Shown: positions 40,048 to 50,312, numbered from the stretch's first letter. The stretch is 64,000 bases of DNA from Defluviicoccus sp. (GCA_028820505.1 JAPPIT010000117.1:6777-70776); one strand, 5' to 3'. Notes: generated by a model not told the origin, from the letters alone. Translations and numbers: made by a program.

Positions 40048-41393
40048 CACTTCAGCGCGAGAAGTTCCGCGTCCTCGGTCAGCAGCAACACCGTCCCGCC
40101 GGCGACCGCGGGCGGGATGAATACCGCATCGGGCAATTCGACGCGTCCGAGCGGCTCCCCGGTATAGGGCGAGACCGACCAGACCTCGCCGGTGCTGGCG
40201 GCGATCAGAAGCCGGTCGCCGGCCAGCACCGGCCCGGACCAGCCGATGGGCCCGGTCCGGTCCTCCTCGTCCTCGAACCGCGGCAGCGAGCGGACCCAGC
40301 GCACCCTTCCGTCGCGGCGCGACAGGCAGGCGATCTGATTGTCGTTCGAGACCAGATAGACGAACTCGCCCGCGACCCAGGCGGTGTTGGTTCCTCCGAT
40401 CCGCTGTTCCCACAGCCGGCGCCCCGTCCTGAGGTCGATCGCCACCGTCCGGCCGCTGTTGCTCACGCCGATGGCGAGGCCGCGGTCGATCACCGGCAGT
40501 CCGCGCACATGGGCGAGGCTGGAGACCGGATCGGTCCGCCGCAGCGCCACCAGCCGGTCCGACCACACGACCCGGCCGTTGGCCGCGCGCAGGGCGACGA
40601 TCGCCCCGGAAGAGAACGGCGCCACGACGATCCCGCCGTCGACGGCGGGCGACGCGCCGCCGGCCAGCCCCGCCGGCTCGACGATTTCGTCGTGCGACCA
40701 GAGAACCCGGCCCGAGGCGGCGTCGAGCGCGAAGAGCTCGTTCGAGAGGGTGACGACGAACACCCGGCCGCCGCGCGCGGTCGGCGCGGCGCGGATCGGG
40801 TTGGACAGCCTGCGCCGCCAGAGCTCGGTCCCGGTCTCCGCGTCGAGAGCGAAGACGTGAGCGAAACCGGTGGTGACGTAGACCCTGCCCTCGCCGACGG
40901 CGAGGCCGCCGCCGAGCGTGCCGCTTTCGCGGGTCTCGTCCGCCAGCTCCCGATTCCAGAGGAAGGACCCGTCGTCGAGAGCGAAGGCCCGGAGCTCGGC
41001 GTCGACGTCGAGCGTGTAGACCCGACCCCGGGCGACGATCGGCTGCGCGAGGAGCTGCCCGTCGCTGTCGGAGCCGCGCCCGATGTCGACGCGCCAGCGC
41101 GGCTCAAGCGCGCCGGGCGCCGCCAGATGATGCATCGCGTGGTTGGGGAGGCCTCCGGCCTGAGGCCAGTTCGCGTTAGCCGCCGGCGGCGGAAGCGCCA
41201 CGCGCAGCCGGGCGAGCCGGGGATCGGGGACGAGGGTCTCCTCGAGGCCGATGACGGGAAGCCGCTCGCCGGGAAGCGGGGGGTCTTCCGCTTCGCCGAA
41301 GAAACCGTCCCCGCAGGCGGCGGTCAGCAGCAGCGTCCCGACCGCCGCGAGGCGCAAGGCCCCGCGCTTGGCTGCGGCGCCCGTTCGCGTCAT
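40047..41393 (-). CDS. bamB: PQQ-like beta-propeller lipoprotein (BamB-like)
   Basis: Lipobox LTAC, repeated ALDAxTGxxxW blades, conserved position between yfgM-like and der. Confidence 0.8.
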   Translation of the reverse strand: MTRTGAAAKRGALRLAAVGTLLLTAACGDGFFGEAEDPPLPGERLPVIGLEETLVPDPRLARLRVALPPPAANANWPQAGGLPNHAMHHLAAPGALEPRWRVDIGRGSDSDGQLLAQPIVARGRVYTLDVDAELRAFALDDGSFLWNRELADETRESGTLGGGLAVGEGRVYVTTGFAHVFALDAETGTELWRRRLSNPIRAAPTARGGRVFVVTLSNELFALDAASGRVLWSHDEIVEPAGLAGGASPAVDGGIVVAPFSSGAIVALRAANGRVVWSDRLVALRRTDPVSSLAHVRGLPVIDRGLAIGVSNSGRTVAIDLRTGRRLWEQRIGGTNTAWVAGEFVYLVSNDNQIACLSRRDGRVRWVRSLPRFEDEEDRTGPIGWSGPVLAGDRLLIAASTGEVWSVSPYTGEPLGRVELPDAVFIPPAVAGGTVLLLTEDAELLALK

Positions 41394-42043
41394 GTCCCGG
41401 CCGCCAAGTTCAGCAGATGCGAGGCGCGCAGGCGAACGTTCGGCGGCGCTTCGGCGTCGTCGACGATCCGCTGGAAATAGGTCTTCGCCCGATCGGGATC
41501 CCCGGCGCTCCGCGCGATCAGGCCCAGGGTCTCCAGCGCCAGATGGCGCCACGCGCCGCCCGGCTGCGCCAGCGGCTCGATGTCGGCGGCGATGCTCTGC
41601 CCGTCGGCGCCGGGCGCATCGAGCGCGTTCTGCGCCGCGAGCAGGGTTGCGAGATCGCGCATCGGCCGGTCGATGGAGTCGTCCCCGGCGAGCGCGCGGA
41701 AGGCAAGGACCGCGCCCGCCCGGTCGCCGGACGACGCGCGCAAGGCGGCCGCGTGGAACCGGGCGAGAACCCCGTAGGCGGTTCCGGACTCGGCGCCGAG
41801 CGCGGCGAACAGGACTTCCGCGTCGCCGGTCTTGCCCTCCCGGGCGAGAGCCTTGGCCGCCGCGAACTTCGCCCCCGCCTCGAGCTGCCGGTCGGTCCGG
41901 TATTCCTGCCAACCCGTATAGGCGGCGATCGCCAGCACCACGGCCACCGCGCCGCCGATGGCGTACTTGCCGTATTGCCGCCAGAGCTTTTCCGCCCGTT
42001 CCTGGCGCAGTTCCTCGTCGATTTCGCGAAAGATGTCGGCCAC
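41390..42043 (-). CDS. YfgM-like TPR membrane protein
   Basis: DIFREIDEELRQE..LWRQYG, single TM, helical repeats; yfgM-bamB-der synteny. Confidence 0.85.
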   Translation of the reverse strand: MADIFREIDEELRQERAEKLWRQYGKYAIGGAVAVVLAIAAYTGWQEYRTDRQLEAGAKFAAAKALAREGKTGDAEVLFAALGAESGTAYGVLARFHAAALRASSGDRAGAVLAFRALAGDDSIDRPMRDLATLLAAQNALDAPGADGQSIAADIEPLAQPGGAWRHLALETLGLIARSAGDPDRAKTYFQRIVDDAEAPPNVRLRASHLLNLAAGT

Positions 42044-42221
42044 GCTCGGCCCTCCGCCAGGTCCGGTCCATGTCGGCGGCCGGCGCCGCCCGCGGTCCGC
42101 AGGGCAATGGGATTACAGCCTCGCGGCGCAAACCGCAACACGCTCTGGACGCCGCCGCCCGAATGCGCGATATAGATAGGGTCACGAAATTGTCTCGCAA
42201 AGGGAGCGTAGCGGCAGAAGG

Positions 42222-42554
42222 ATGGCGACGGTATTCGACCTTCGTGCCTATCGGCAGGAACCCAGATTCGTCTTTTTCGACCGTCGCGACCTCGACCGCC
42301 TCCTGACCCTCTACAGCCGCCGCGTCACCATGGGCGAATGGAAGGACTACGCCATGGGCACGGGCGACGGCATGGCCATGTTCTCGGTGTTCCGCCGCGC
42401 CTCCGACCGGCCCGCCTTTACCGTCGTCAAGGTGGCCGCGGGCGATCGGGGCGAGCCGGAATACATGGTCTATGACGGTTCGCGGCGCCTTCGGCGGGGC
42501 ACCACCCTGGGCGCGGTGCTCGATCTCTTCGAGCCGAGGCTCCGGCTGGTCTGA
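42222..42554 (+). CDS. DUF2794 family protein
   Basis: FDRRDL..LYSRRV..GEWKDYA..FSVFRRASDRP motif. Confidence 0.85.
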   Translation: MATVFDLRAYRQEPRFVFFDRRDLDRLLTLYSRRVTMGEWKDYAMGTGDGMAMFSVFRRASDRPAFTVVKVAAGDRGEPEYMVYDGSRRLRRGTTLGAVLDLFEPRLRLV

Positions 42555-42560
42555 CGGGCT

Positions 42561-43271
42561 TCACTCGTCGATCGGGAGGTGACCGGTCGGCGTCCATTTG
42601 AAATAGGGCACCGGAGCGTCGTCCCGATTCCTGGCGACATCCCCGAAGGAAGCGCCGAAATGGGTCAGCACCCGCCGGGTGATCTGGGCGAGCTCCAGCG
42701 TCAGCGCTTCCTCGACGGTGAACCATCTGAGCCCCAGCAGCTCGCCGGACCCCCTGACCTCCCCGGTCACGTGCTCGCGGTCGAGGACGAAGAACCGGGC
42801 GTTGAACCTGACCGGGCGGATCGGCGGGGTCACCGCGCGCGCGATGTAGGAGAGCGCGCCGAGCGCCGGCGCGAACCCGGCGCCGAAGAAACTCTCCCAG
42901 CCACGCGGCGGCCGCCGCCCGGGATCGGGATCCGGCCCGCCGACGATCAGCCCGGTCTCCTCGAAGGTCTCACGGATCGCGGCCACCGCCATCGCGCGCG
43001 CCCGCGCCGGGCTGAGCCGTCGTTCCAGCCGCGCCGAAGTGCCGGGGGCGAGCGGGCTCGCGCAGCGCACTCTCGAGTCCCGCGCGTCGATCCGCCCGCC
43101 GGGGAAGACGAACCGGTGGGGCATGAACCGGTGCCTGGCGTGCCGCTCGCCCATCAGCACCTCCGGAACGCCCGCGTTCTCGCGGTAGACGATCAGCGTC
43201 GCCGCGTCGCGCGGACGCGCGAGGGGGTCGCCGGGCGCGCGCACCGGCGGCGGCGGGGGAGCGGCATTCAT
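42561..43271 (-). CDS. NUDIX hydrolase
   Basis: RPRDAATL, FVFPGG, AAIRETFEETGL Nudix box, TPP..RFNARFF; ATGA overlap with fni. Confidence 0.9.
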   Translation of the reverse strand: MNAAPPPPPVRAPGDPLARPRDAATLIVYRENAGVPEVLMGERHARHRFMPHRFVFPGGRIDARDSRVRCASPLAPGTSARLERRLSPARARAMAVAAIRETFEETGLIVGGPDPDPGRRPPRGWESFFGAGFAPALGALSYIARAVTPPIRPVRFNARFFVLDREHVTGEVRGSGELLGLRWFTVEEALTLELAQITRRVLTHFGASFGDVARNRDDAPVPYFKWTPTGHLPIDE

Positions 43272-44371
43272 CGGCGCAGCGCGCGGCGGGTTATCGCGAC
43301 CGTCCCGGAAATCGCGGACGGGAGCGCGGGCACGGCTTCCCAATCGGATGCGCGTCTCAGGACCGCGCGCCTGAGCGCGCCGATATCCGGCGCCCCGACG
43401 CAGAAGGCGGCGATCCTGAACTCTTCGATCATCCGCGCCATGCGTTTCTCCGCTGCCCCGGCCGCGTCGACCCCGTGCTCCAGCATCGGCGCCGCCGCGC
43501 CGACCAGCGAGGCCCCGAGCCGGATCGCCTTGGCGGCGTCGATACCGTCGCGGATGCCGCCGCTCGCGAAGACCGGGCTGTCGGGGATCGCCCGCACGAC
43601 GTCGATCAGGGCCGCCGCCGTCGGGATCCCCCAGCCGGCGAAGTTGTGCGCCACGGCCCGGATTTCCGGGTCGGTCTGGCGGTGGGCCTCGACCTCGCTC
43701 CAGCTCGTGCCGCCGGCGCCGGAGACGTCGACCCCGGCGAGGCCGCAATCGATCAGGCGCGCCGCCGTCTCCGCCCCGATGCCGTTGCCGACCTCCTTGC
43801 CGACGATCGGAACGTCGAGCGATGCGGCGAGTTCCTCGACCTTGCGGTAGAGCCCGGCCCAGTTGCGGTCCCCGCCCGCCTGGACCGCTTCCTGCAGGGG
43901 ATTGAAATGGAGGAACAGCGCGTCCGCGCCGATGGTCTCGACCGCGCGCCGCGCCTCGTCCGCGCCATAGCCGCAATTGAGCTGGACGGCGCCCAAATTG
44001 GCGAAAAGCAGGATGTTCGGGGCGACGTCGCGCACCCGGTAGGTGTCGGCGAGCGCCGGGTTCTCGATCATCGCGCGCTGGGAGCCCACGCCCATCGCGA
44101 TGCCGAGCGTTTCGGCGGCGGCGGCGAGGTTCCGGTTGATGTCGCGCGCCCGAGCCGTTCCTCCCGTCATGCTCGCGATCAGGAGCGGCGCCTTGAGCGA
44201 GCGTCCGAACAGCCGCGTCGACAGGTCGACCGCGTCGAGATCGGTCTCCGGCAGCGCGGCGTGCTCGAAGAAAAACCGCTCGAAGCCCGTCGATACGCCC
44301 TTGGCGGAGACATCCTCCCCGAGGACGGTATCGATATGCTCCCCCTTGCGGGCTTCGATGTCGCGGCTCAT
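43268..44371 (-). CDS. fni: Type 2 isopentenyl-diphosphate delta-isomerase (FMN-dependent)
   Basis: RKGEHI, SMTGG, GVGSQR, ANLGAVQL, HFNPLQE, KEVGNG, GAGGTSW, WGIPT, SGGIR. Confidence 0.96.
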   Translation of the reverse strand: MSRDIEARKGEHIDTVLGEDVSAKGVSTGFERFFFEHAALPETDLDAVDLSTRLFGRSLKAPLLIASMTGGTARARDINRNLAAAAETLGIAMGVGSQRAMIENPALADTYRVRDVAPNILLFANLGAVQLNCGYGADEARRAVETIGADALFLHFNPLQEAVQAGGDRNWAGLYRKVEELAASLDVPIVGKEVGNGIGAETAARLIDCGLAGVDVSGAGGTSWSEVEAHRQTDPEIRAVAHNFAGWGIPTAAALIDVVRAIPDSPVFASGGIRDGIDAAKAIRLGASLVGAAAPMLEHGVDAAGAAEKRMARMIEEFRIAAFCVGAPDIGALRRAVLRRASDWEAVPALPSAISGTVAITRRALRR

Positions 44372-44377
44372 CGCGCC

Positions 44378-45187
44378 TCAGCCGGCGACAAGGTGCACCG
44401 TCTGCCACTCCGCGTCGATCGCATCGAGGTCCACGTTGGCCGCGTCGCGCATCGGCGCCAGGTAGCGCCCCGCGAACGACACTTCGAGCCCGTCCTCGGC
44501 GAACGGGTAGGGATCGAGCGCATAGATCGCATCGTCCCGCGGCGTGAGCGCGATGGTGGCGTCCTCGTCGCGCGACATCGGCACGTGGGTGAAGGTCTGG
44601 GGCTTGCGGTCGGCGGCGCCGTTGCAATTGAAGTAGAGCGCCATGGTGTCGAAGAACTGGAGCTGCTTGTAGTTCTGCATCACCTGCGCCTCGTCCACCC
44701 ATGAAGCGGTGTCGGGGTTCTCGGCCAGCGCGTGCTTGAGGCGGGCCTGGCGGTCCAGCTCGCCGTTCAGCATGCCCTCCGCCGTCGACCGGTTCTCCGC
44801 CGCGAGGCCGTCGAGCAGGACATGGTCCGACATGCCGTAGCGGCCGTTATAGAGGCCCCAGCTGTGCATGCTGGACAACAGCCCGCAATAGGCGTGGCGG
44901 CGGCTGTTGAATTCGGGCGAGGCGGCGGAGGTCTTGACGATCTCCGCGAACGGCGTCTGGACGAGGTTGTAGGGCAGGCCGGTGGCCGGGTCGATCCGTC
45001 CCTCCCCGTCGAGGTCGGCCCAGCCGGCGTCGTGGTTGTCGACGATGTAGAGAACGACGTCGCGCGGCTCGACCGGCTCGAACGCGTCGTTGCCGAAGGC
45101 GCGCGCGAGGCGTCCGGCGAAGGTCGTGTGCTGGGCCATCGTGATGACGAAACGCGGCTCATCCGGGGGTGCGCTCTGCACGATCAT
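44378..45187 (-). CDS. DUF3891-like protein
   Basis: MIV..ITMAQH..LARAFGN, HDAGW, GLLSSMH, LQFFD..LYF, LDPYPF motifs. Confidence 0.7.
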   Translation of the reverse strand: MIVQSAPPDEPRFVITMAQHTTFAGRLARAFGNDAFEPVEPRDVVLYIVDNHDAGWADLDGEGRIDPATGLPYNLVQTPFAEIVKTSAASPEFNSRRHAYCGLLSSMHSWGLYNGRYGMSDHVLLDGLAAENRSTAEGMLNGELDRQARLKHALAENPDTASWVDEAQVMQNYKQLQFFDTMALYFNCNGAADRKPQTFTHVPMSRDEDATIALTPRDDAIYALDPYPFAEDGLEVSFAGRYLAPMRDAANVDLDAIDAEWQTVHLVAG

Positions 45188-45303
45188 CTTTCGGGCCTCC
45201 AGATCGGGTTTGCCCGGACTATAGCATGGCGCGGCGTGGCCGGTATTCGGCGTCCTTCCGGCCGATCCATCGCCTGTCGCCCTCCCCCGACCCGGGATCC
45301 GGC

Positions 45304-47667
45304 CTACCCGGCGCGCGCCGCGGCGATCGCCTCCAGGATGGACTCGGGCGTGATGGGGAGGCTCGTCACCCGCGCCCCCAACGGCCTGAGCGCGTCGTTG
45401 ACCGCGAGCATGATCGCCGCCGGCGCGCCGACCGTGCCGGCCTCGCCCGCCCCCTTGGTGCCGAGGGCGGTCTCCTCGATCGGGGTCTCGACATGGCCGA
45501 CATGGATGTCGGGCAGGCCCGCCGCCATGGGAACGAGATAGTCGGCGAAGCTCGCGTTCAGCATCTGGCCGTCCTCGTCGTAGCGGCACTCCTCGAACAA
45601 CGCGCCGCCGATGCCCTGGACGACGCCGCCCCGGATCTGCTCCTCGACCAGCAGCGGGTTGACGATCCGCCCGCAATCCTCGACCACCCAGTGATCGAGC
45701 AGCCGGATTTCGCCGGTCTCGACGTCGACCTCGAGCGACGATCCCTGCACCCCGTTGGCGAGCGCGAACGGCGCGGCGTCGGGGACATAGTGCCGGGTGA
45801 CGGCGAGCTCGGGCTGGATGCCGGGTGGCAATGTGTCGTGGCGGAAATGGCCGATGCGACCGATCTCGGAAAGGGCGATCCGGGGCTCCCCGGTTGCCCG
45901 GTCGCAGACCGCGCCGCCCGCGAGGTCGAGGTCGGCCCGATCGGCCTGCAGGATCGAGCCGGCGAGCTCCAGGATGTTGGCGCGCAGCCCCCCGGCCGCC
46001 CGCCACACCGCCTCGCCGCCGATGGTCAGCCCGCGCGAGGCCCACGCGCCGCCGCCATAGGGCGTCGTCGCGGTGTCGCCCCCCACCACGCCGACATCGT
46101 TCGCGGCGACGCCGAGCCGGTCGGCGACGATCTGGGCGAGCGCGGCATGGGTTCCCTGCCCCAGCTCGATCACCGAGGTGACGCAGCGAACCGCGCCCGA
46201 GGGCTCGAGCCGGACCGTCGCGCCGTCCTGGGTGCTGATATGGGCGCCGGACGGGCCGTAATAGGCGGGCCCGACGGAGGTCATTTCGAGGAAGGTCGCG
46301 ACCCCGATGCCGCGATGGATTCCGGCCTTCCGCAGGTCCGCCTGCTCGGCGCGGAGCGACTCGTAGCCCATCATCCCGACCAGCTTGTCGAGGCAGCGCC
46401 GGGGGCTGAGCCGGTTTATCGCGAGCCCGCCCGGGGTCCTCAGCGGATAGTCGTCGTCGGTCCAGTAGTTGCGCCGCCGCAATTCCACCGGATCGATTCC
46501 GGCCGCGCCGGCGGCCCAGTCGAGAAGCTGCTCCGCCACCGCGCAGGCGATCGGCTGGCCGACGGCGCGGTACATCCCGGACGGCGGCTTGTTCTGGAAG
46601 GCGACGCGCAGCCGGGCGTCGTAATGCGCGTTGGCGTAGGCGCCGGCCGCCATCATGATCGTCATCATGCCTTCGCTGATCGGCGGACGTCCGAGCGAGC
46701 CATAGGCGCCGAGCGAGGTCAGCGCATCCACCGAAAGCCCCCGGATCCGGCCGTCGCCGTCGACCCCCAGCCGGGCCGCGACCGCCTGGTCGCGGGCATG
46801 GACGTCGCTGACGAAGGCCTCCATCCGGTCGACGACGTACTTGACCGGCCGACCGAGGATTTTGCTCACCGCGGAGACGGCGATCTCGTCGCCGTAGATG
46901 TGGAGCTTGATGCCGAACCCGCCGCCGATGTCGGGCGCGACGACCCGGACCAGGTGCTCCGGAATGCCGAGATGGCGCGACAGCGTGTCCTGCTGGTGCC
47001 ACGGCGACTGGTGGCTGCCGTGCACGGTGAGCGTGCCCTCGCCCGGGTCGTAGTCGGCGATGACGGTGCGCATTTCGAGCGGGATGCCGCTGTGGCGGGC
47101 GAAGGAGAAGCGGCCCTCGACGACATGCGTGGCCCCGTCGAGCGCGGCTTCGGAATCCCCCGTGCCGAGCGCGGTCGAAAAGCAGAGATTGCTGCCGAGC
47201 TCCGGGTGGACCAGCGCGGCGTCCTCGTCGAGCGTCCGGTCGCGCACCGCCGCGGCGGGCAGCGGCTCCCACGCGACCGCGACTTCGTTCGCCGCGTCCT
47301 CGGCCTTGGCGCGGCTCGCGGCGACCGCGGCGGCGACCGGCTCGCCCTGCCAGACCGCGCGGTCGACCGCGACCGCGTGCTGCGGCGGCGAGACCATCGT
47401 CGGCAGGTGGTCCATCGTCCCCTGCCACGGCTTGCAGACCGTGGCGATCTCGGCGCCCGTTATCACCCGCGCGCCGGGAACCGCCGCCAGCGCCGGGGCC
47501 GGATCGATACCGAGGATCCGAGCATGCGCGTAGGGGCTTCTGACGAAGGCGAGATGCAGCAGTCCCGGAAAGCGGAGGTCGTCGGAATACTTGCCCCGGC
47601 CGAACGCGAGCCGGCGGGCGCCGCTGCGGGGTAACGGGCGCCCGACCGCGCCCCCGGGATCAGCCAC
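45304..47667 (-). CDS. Xanthine dehydrogenase family molybdopterin-binding subunit (CoxL-like)
   Basis: FVRSPYAHA, DIGGGFGIK, active-site loop GMYRAVGQP, GQGTH, EQIRGGVVQG, KGAGEAG. Confidence 0.92.
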   Translation of the reverse strand: MADPGGAVGRPLPRSGARRLAFGRGKYSDDLRFPGLLHLAFVRSPYAHARILGIDPAPALAAVPGARVITGAEIATVCKPWQGTMDHLPTMVSPPQHAVAVDRAVWQGEPVAAAVAASRAKAEDAANEVAVAWEPLPAAAVRDRTLDEDAALVHPELGSNLCFSTALGTGDSEAALDGATHVVEGRFSFARHSGIPLEMRTVIADYDPGEGTLTVHGSHQSPWHQQDTLSRHLGIPEHLVRVVAPDIGGGFGIKLHIYGDEIAVSAVSKILGRPVKYVVDRMEAFVSDVHARDQAVAARLGVDGDGRIRGLSVDALTSLGAYGSLGRPPISEGMMTIMMAAGAYANAHYDARLRVAFQNKPPSGMYRAVGQPIACAVAEQLLDWAAGAAGIDPVELRRRNYWTDDDYPLRTPGGLAINRLSPRRCLDKLVGMMGYESLRAEQADLRKAGIHRGIGVATFLEMTSVGPAYYGPSGAHISTQDGATVRLEPSGAVRCVTSVIELGQGTHAALAQIVADRLGVAANDVGVVGGDTATTPYGGGAWASRGLTIGGEAVWRAAGGLRANILELAGSILQADRADLDLAGGAVCDRATGEPRIALSEIGRIGHFRHDTLPPGIQPELAVTRHYVPDAAPFALANGVQGSSLEVDVETGEIRLLDHWVVEDCGRIVNPLLVEEQIRGGVVQGIGGALFEECRYDEDGQMLNASFADYLVPMAAGLPDIHVGHVETPIEETALGTKGAGEAGTVGAPAAIMLAVNDALRPLGARVTSLPITPESILEAIAAARAG

Positions 47668-48139
47668 CGAAGCGGCTCTCCATCGTCGTCTCGACCGCGT
47701 CCACGATGGCGTGGTAGCCGGTGCAGCGGCAGTAATTGCCGGACAGGAACTCGCGGATCTCGGCGCGCGTCATCTTGCGCCCGGCCTCCAGCATCTCGGC
47801 CGCGGTGAGCAGCATGCCCGGCGTGCAATAGCCGCATTGCAGCGCGTTGCGGTTAATGAACGCCTCCTGGAGGTCCTCGATCTCGCCGGAATCCGAGACC
47901 CCTTCGATGGTCCACACGTCGGCGCCGTCCGCCTGGATGGCGAGCATCAGGCAGCCGCGCACGATCGAGCCGTCCACCTTCACCGTGCAGGCGCCGCAGA
48001 CGCCGTGCTCGCAGCCCAGATGGGAGCCGGTGAGGCCGAGCTCGATCCGCAGGAAGTCCACCAGGTGCTGGCGCGCCTCGACTCGTTTGGCGATCTTCTC
48101 GCCGTTGACGGTGAGTTCGATGTCGGCGAATTCGTCCAT
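47660..48139 (-). CDS. (2Fe-2S) subunit (CoxS-like)
   Basis: GCEHGVCGACT..CL, QCGYCTPG, NYCRCTGY. Confidence 0.95.
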   Translation of the reverse strand: MDEFADIELTVNGEKIAKRVEARQHLVDFLRIELGLTGSHLGCEHGVCGACTVKVDGSIVRGCLMLAIQADGADVWTIEGVSDSGEIEDLQEAFINRNALQCGYCTPGMLLTAAEMLEAGRKMTRAEIREFLSGNYCRCTGYHAIVDAVETTMESRFGG

Positions 48140-48151
48140 CGTTCCGCCCCC

Positions 48152-49012
48152 TCAGCCTGCCGCGACCATGCGGTCGATCGCGCGTCCGGTCAGCACCCGC
48201 GCGAGGTGCAGCCGCGTTGCGGCGGACGCATGGAAATTCCCGATCGGGTCGAGATCGCCGCCGAGCGCTTCCTTGACCGCGTCCTTGACGTCGTCGGACC
48301 ACGCCTTGCCCTCGGCGGCGGCGGACGCGGCATCGGCGAAGCGGGGCCGGTCCTCGCTCCCGAAAAAAGCGAGGCGGACGTCGCTCAGCACGTTTCCGTC
48401 GACCTTCGCGTGGCAGCACACGCCGGCGAGCGCGAAGTCGCCATGGCGCCGGGCGAGCTCCATGAAGGACGACCGGTAGCCGGGTTCGATCGCCGGGATG
48501 CGGGTCTCGATCAAGAGCTCGTCGTCGCCGCGCTCGGTCTCGTAGAGCCCGTTGAAGAAGGACCGCGCGGCGACACTCCGCCGGCCGCGCGCGCTCGCCA
48601 GCACGAACTCCGCGCCGAGCGCGACCGCGCAGGCGGGGAGCTCGGCGGCGGGGTCGGCGAGCGCGATGCTGCCGCCGAAGGTGCCGCGGTTGCGGATCGC
48701 GACATGGGCGACATGCGGCATCGCCTCGGCGATCATCGGCAAATGCTCGGCCACGACGGGCGAATCCATCACCTCTGCGTGGCGGGCGAGCGCGCCGATC
48801 CTGACCGTCCCGTCCTCGAAGGATATGCCCTTGAGTTCCTCGATCCGGTTGATGTCGATCAGGAGACGCGGCCGCGATAGCCGCATGTTCAGGGTCGGCA
48901 TCAGGCTCTGGCCGCCGGCGAGGATGCGGGCCTCCTCGCCGTGCTCGGCGAGGAGCTCCAGGACTTCGTCGAGGCTTTCCGGCCTGATATAGGCGAAGCG
49001 CGGCGCCTTCAC
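48152..49012 (-). CDS. FAD-binding subunit (CoxM-like)
   Basis: KAPRFAY.RP, LAGGQSL, IRNRGTFGGS..ADPAAE, RRHGDFA; GTG start 49012. Confidence 0.93.
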   Translation of the reverse strand: MKAPRFAYIRPESLDEVLELLAEHGEEARILAGGQSLMPTLNMRLSRPRLLIDINRIEELKGISFEDGTVRIGALARHAEVMDSPVVAEHLPMIAEAMPHVAHVAIRNRGTFGGSIALADPAAELPACAVALGAEFVLASARGRRSVAARSFFNGLYETERGDDELLIETRIPAIEPGYRSSFMELARRHGDFALAGVCCHAKVDGNVLSDVRLAFFGSEDRPRFADAASAAAEGKAWSDDVKDAVKEALGGDLDPIGNFHASAATRLHLARVLTGRAIDRMVAAG

Positions 49013-49081
49013 TCCCAGCCTCCCGTCTTCGTTGTCAGGAAGACACTCTAGCCAAGGCCGCGGATTCGGCAAGAGGCCCGA

Positions 49082-50248
49082 TCAGCCCATCAGCGCGCCA
49101 AGCACGGCCATCGCGTTCGCCTTGCCCTCGAAGCCAACGCCGGGCAGATCGCCGGGCGCGACACGCCCCCCGTCGACCGTCCACCCGTCCGGCAGGCCGC
49201 CGAGCGCGAAGCTCGCGTCGGGCGCGATCTCGTGGCCGCCGAGACCGAGGCCGGCGACGACGTTGAGCGCGAACAGGTGTCCGGCATGGGGCACGAGCCG
49301 GCGGCGCGACCAGCCGGCTCGCTCGATCTCGGCGACGATCCGCAAATATTCCGGGATGCCGTAGGAGAGCGAGACGTCGAACTGGAGCAGGTCGCGGTCC
49401 TTCCTGAGGCCCCCGTAGCGCAGCAGGTTGCGCGCGTCCGCCGCCGAGAAAAGGTTCTCCCCGGTCGCCAGCGGGCCCGGATATGCCGCCGCGATCTCCC
49501 GCGTCAGCGCGAAGTCGAGCGGATCGCACGGCTCCTCGAACCAGGCGAGGTCGTAATCCGCCAGCATCGCGGCCATACGAAACGCGCTTTCGCGGTCGAG
49601 AACCGCGTTGGCGTCGACCGCGATGCGGCCCCCCTCCCCCGCCGCGTCGAGCGCGACCTCGATCCGGGCCCGGTCGGTCTCGGGCGGCGCGCCGGCGACC
49701 TTGATCTTGAAGGTGCGGAAGCCCTGCGCCATGCCGTCCCGCACCTCCCGGGCCAGCGCCCCGACCGGGTCGTCCGGCCGGTAATGGCCGCCCGAAGCGT
49801 AGATCTCGACCGTCCCGTCCGCGCCGCCCCCGTTGAAGCGGTCGGCGAGCAGGCGCCAGAGCGGCACGCGGGCGGCCTTCGCCGCCGCGTCCCACAGCGC
49901 TGCGTCGAGCACGCCCACGGCGGCGGACCGTTCGCCGTGGCCGCCCGGCTTCTCGTTCCGCATCAGGACGGGCCAGGCGCGCATCGGGTCGACCAGGCCC
50001 GTCTCCGGGTCCGCGATCTCCACCGCCGCCGCGGCCTCCAGCCGGGGGATGAACCGCTCGCGCAGCAGCCCGCCATGGGCGTAGCGGCCGACCGAATCCA
50101 GCGCGTAGCCGATCACCGGCGCCCCGCCGACCCGCCGGTCGGTGCGGACCGCCACGGCGCTCGCCGTCATCTCGTCGAACCCGATCGCCGCGTTGGCCAT
50201 GGCGGCGGCGACCGGGATCGCGGTTTCCCTGACTTCCAGGACGCGCAT
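49082..50248 (-). CDS. Mandelate racemase/enolase superfamily protein, D-tartrate dehydratase (TarD)-like
   Basis: NEKPGGHGERS, KxK, DAN, EEP, TGENLFS..DARNLLRYGG, QFD..LSYG, PH motifs recalled from the TarD subgroup. Confidence 0.85.
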   Translation of the reverse strand: MRVLEVRETAIPVAAAMANAAIGFDEMTASAVAVRTDRRVGGAPVIGYALDSVGRYAHGGLLRERFIPRLEAAAAVEIADPETGLVDPMRAWPVLMRNEKPGGHGERSAAVGVLDAALWDAAAKAARVPLWRLLADRFNGGGADGTVEIYASGGHYRPDDPVGALAREVRDGMAQGFRTFKIKVAGAPPETDRARIEVALDAAGEGGRIAVDANAVLDRESAFRMAAMLADYDLAWFEEPCDPLDFALTREIAAAYPGPLATGENLFSAADARNLLRYGGLRKDRDLLQFDVSLSYGIPEYLRIVAEIERAGWSRRRLVPHAGHLFALNVVAGLGLGGHEIAPDASFALGGLPDGWTVDGGRVAPGDLPGVGFEGKANAMAVLGALMG

Positions 50249-50312
50249 GCGATGGACAGTTCCCGACCCGGCGGCCAGAATGCCACAATGGCGGCAACAG
50301 GGGAGCACGGCC

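Noticed and set aside
44378-47428. 1016-aa ORF and other long Arg/Pro/Gly-rich ORFs throughout the track
   Set aside because: Off-frame or antisense shadows expected in high-GC DNA; only the C-terminal 269 aa (from 45187) is a credible gene.
45304-49012. Aerobic CO dehydrogenase
   Set aside because: The large subunit lacks the AYxCSFR motif and there are no coxDEFG accessory genes; the same holds for the operon at 61241-64000.
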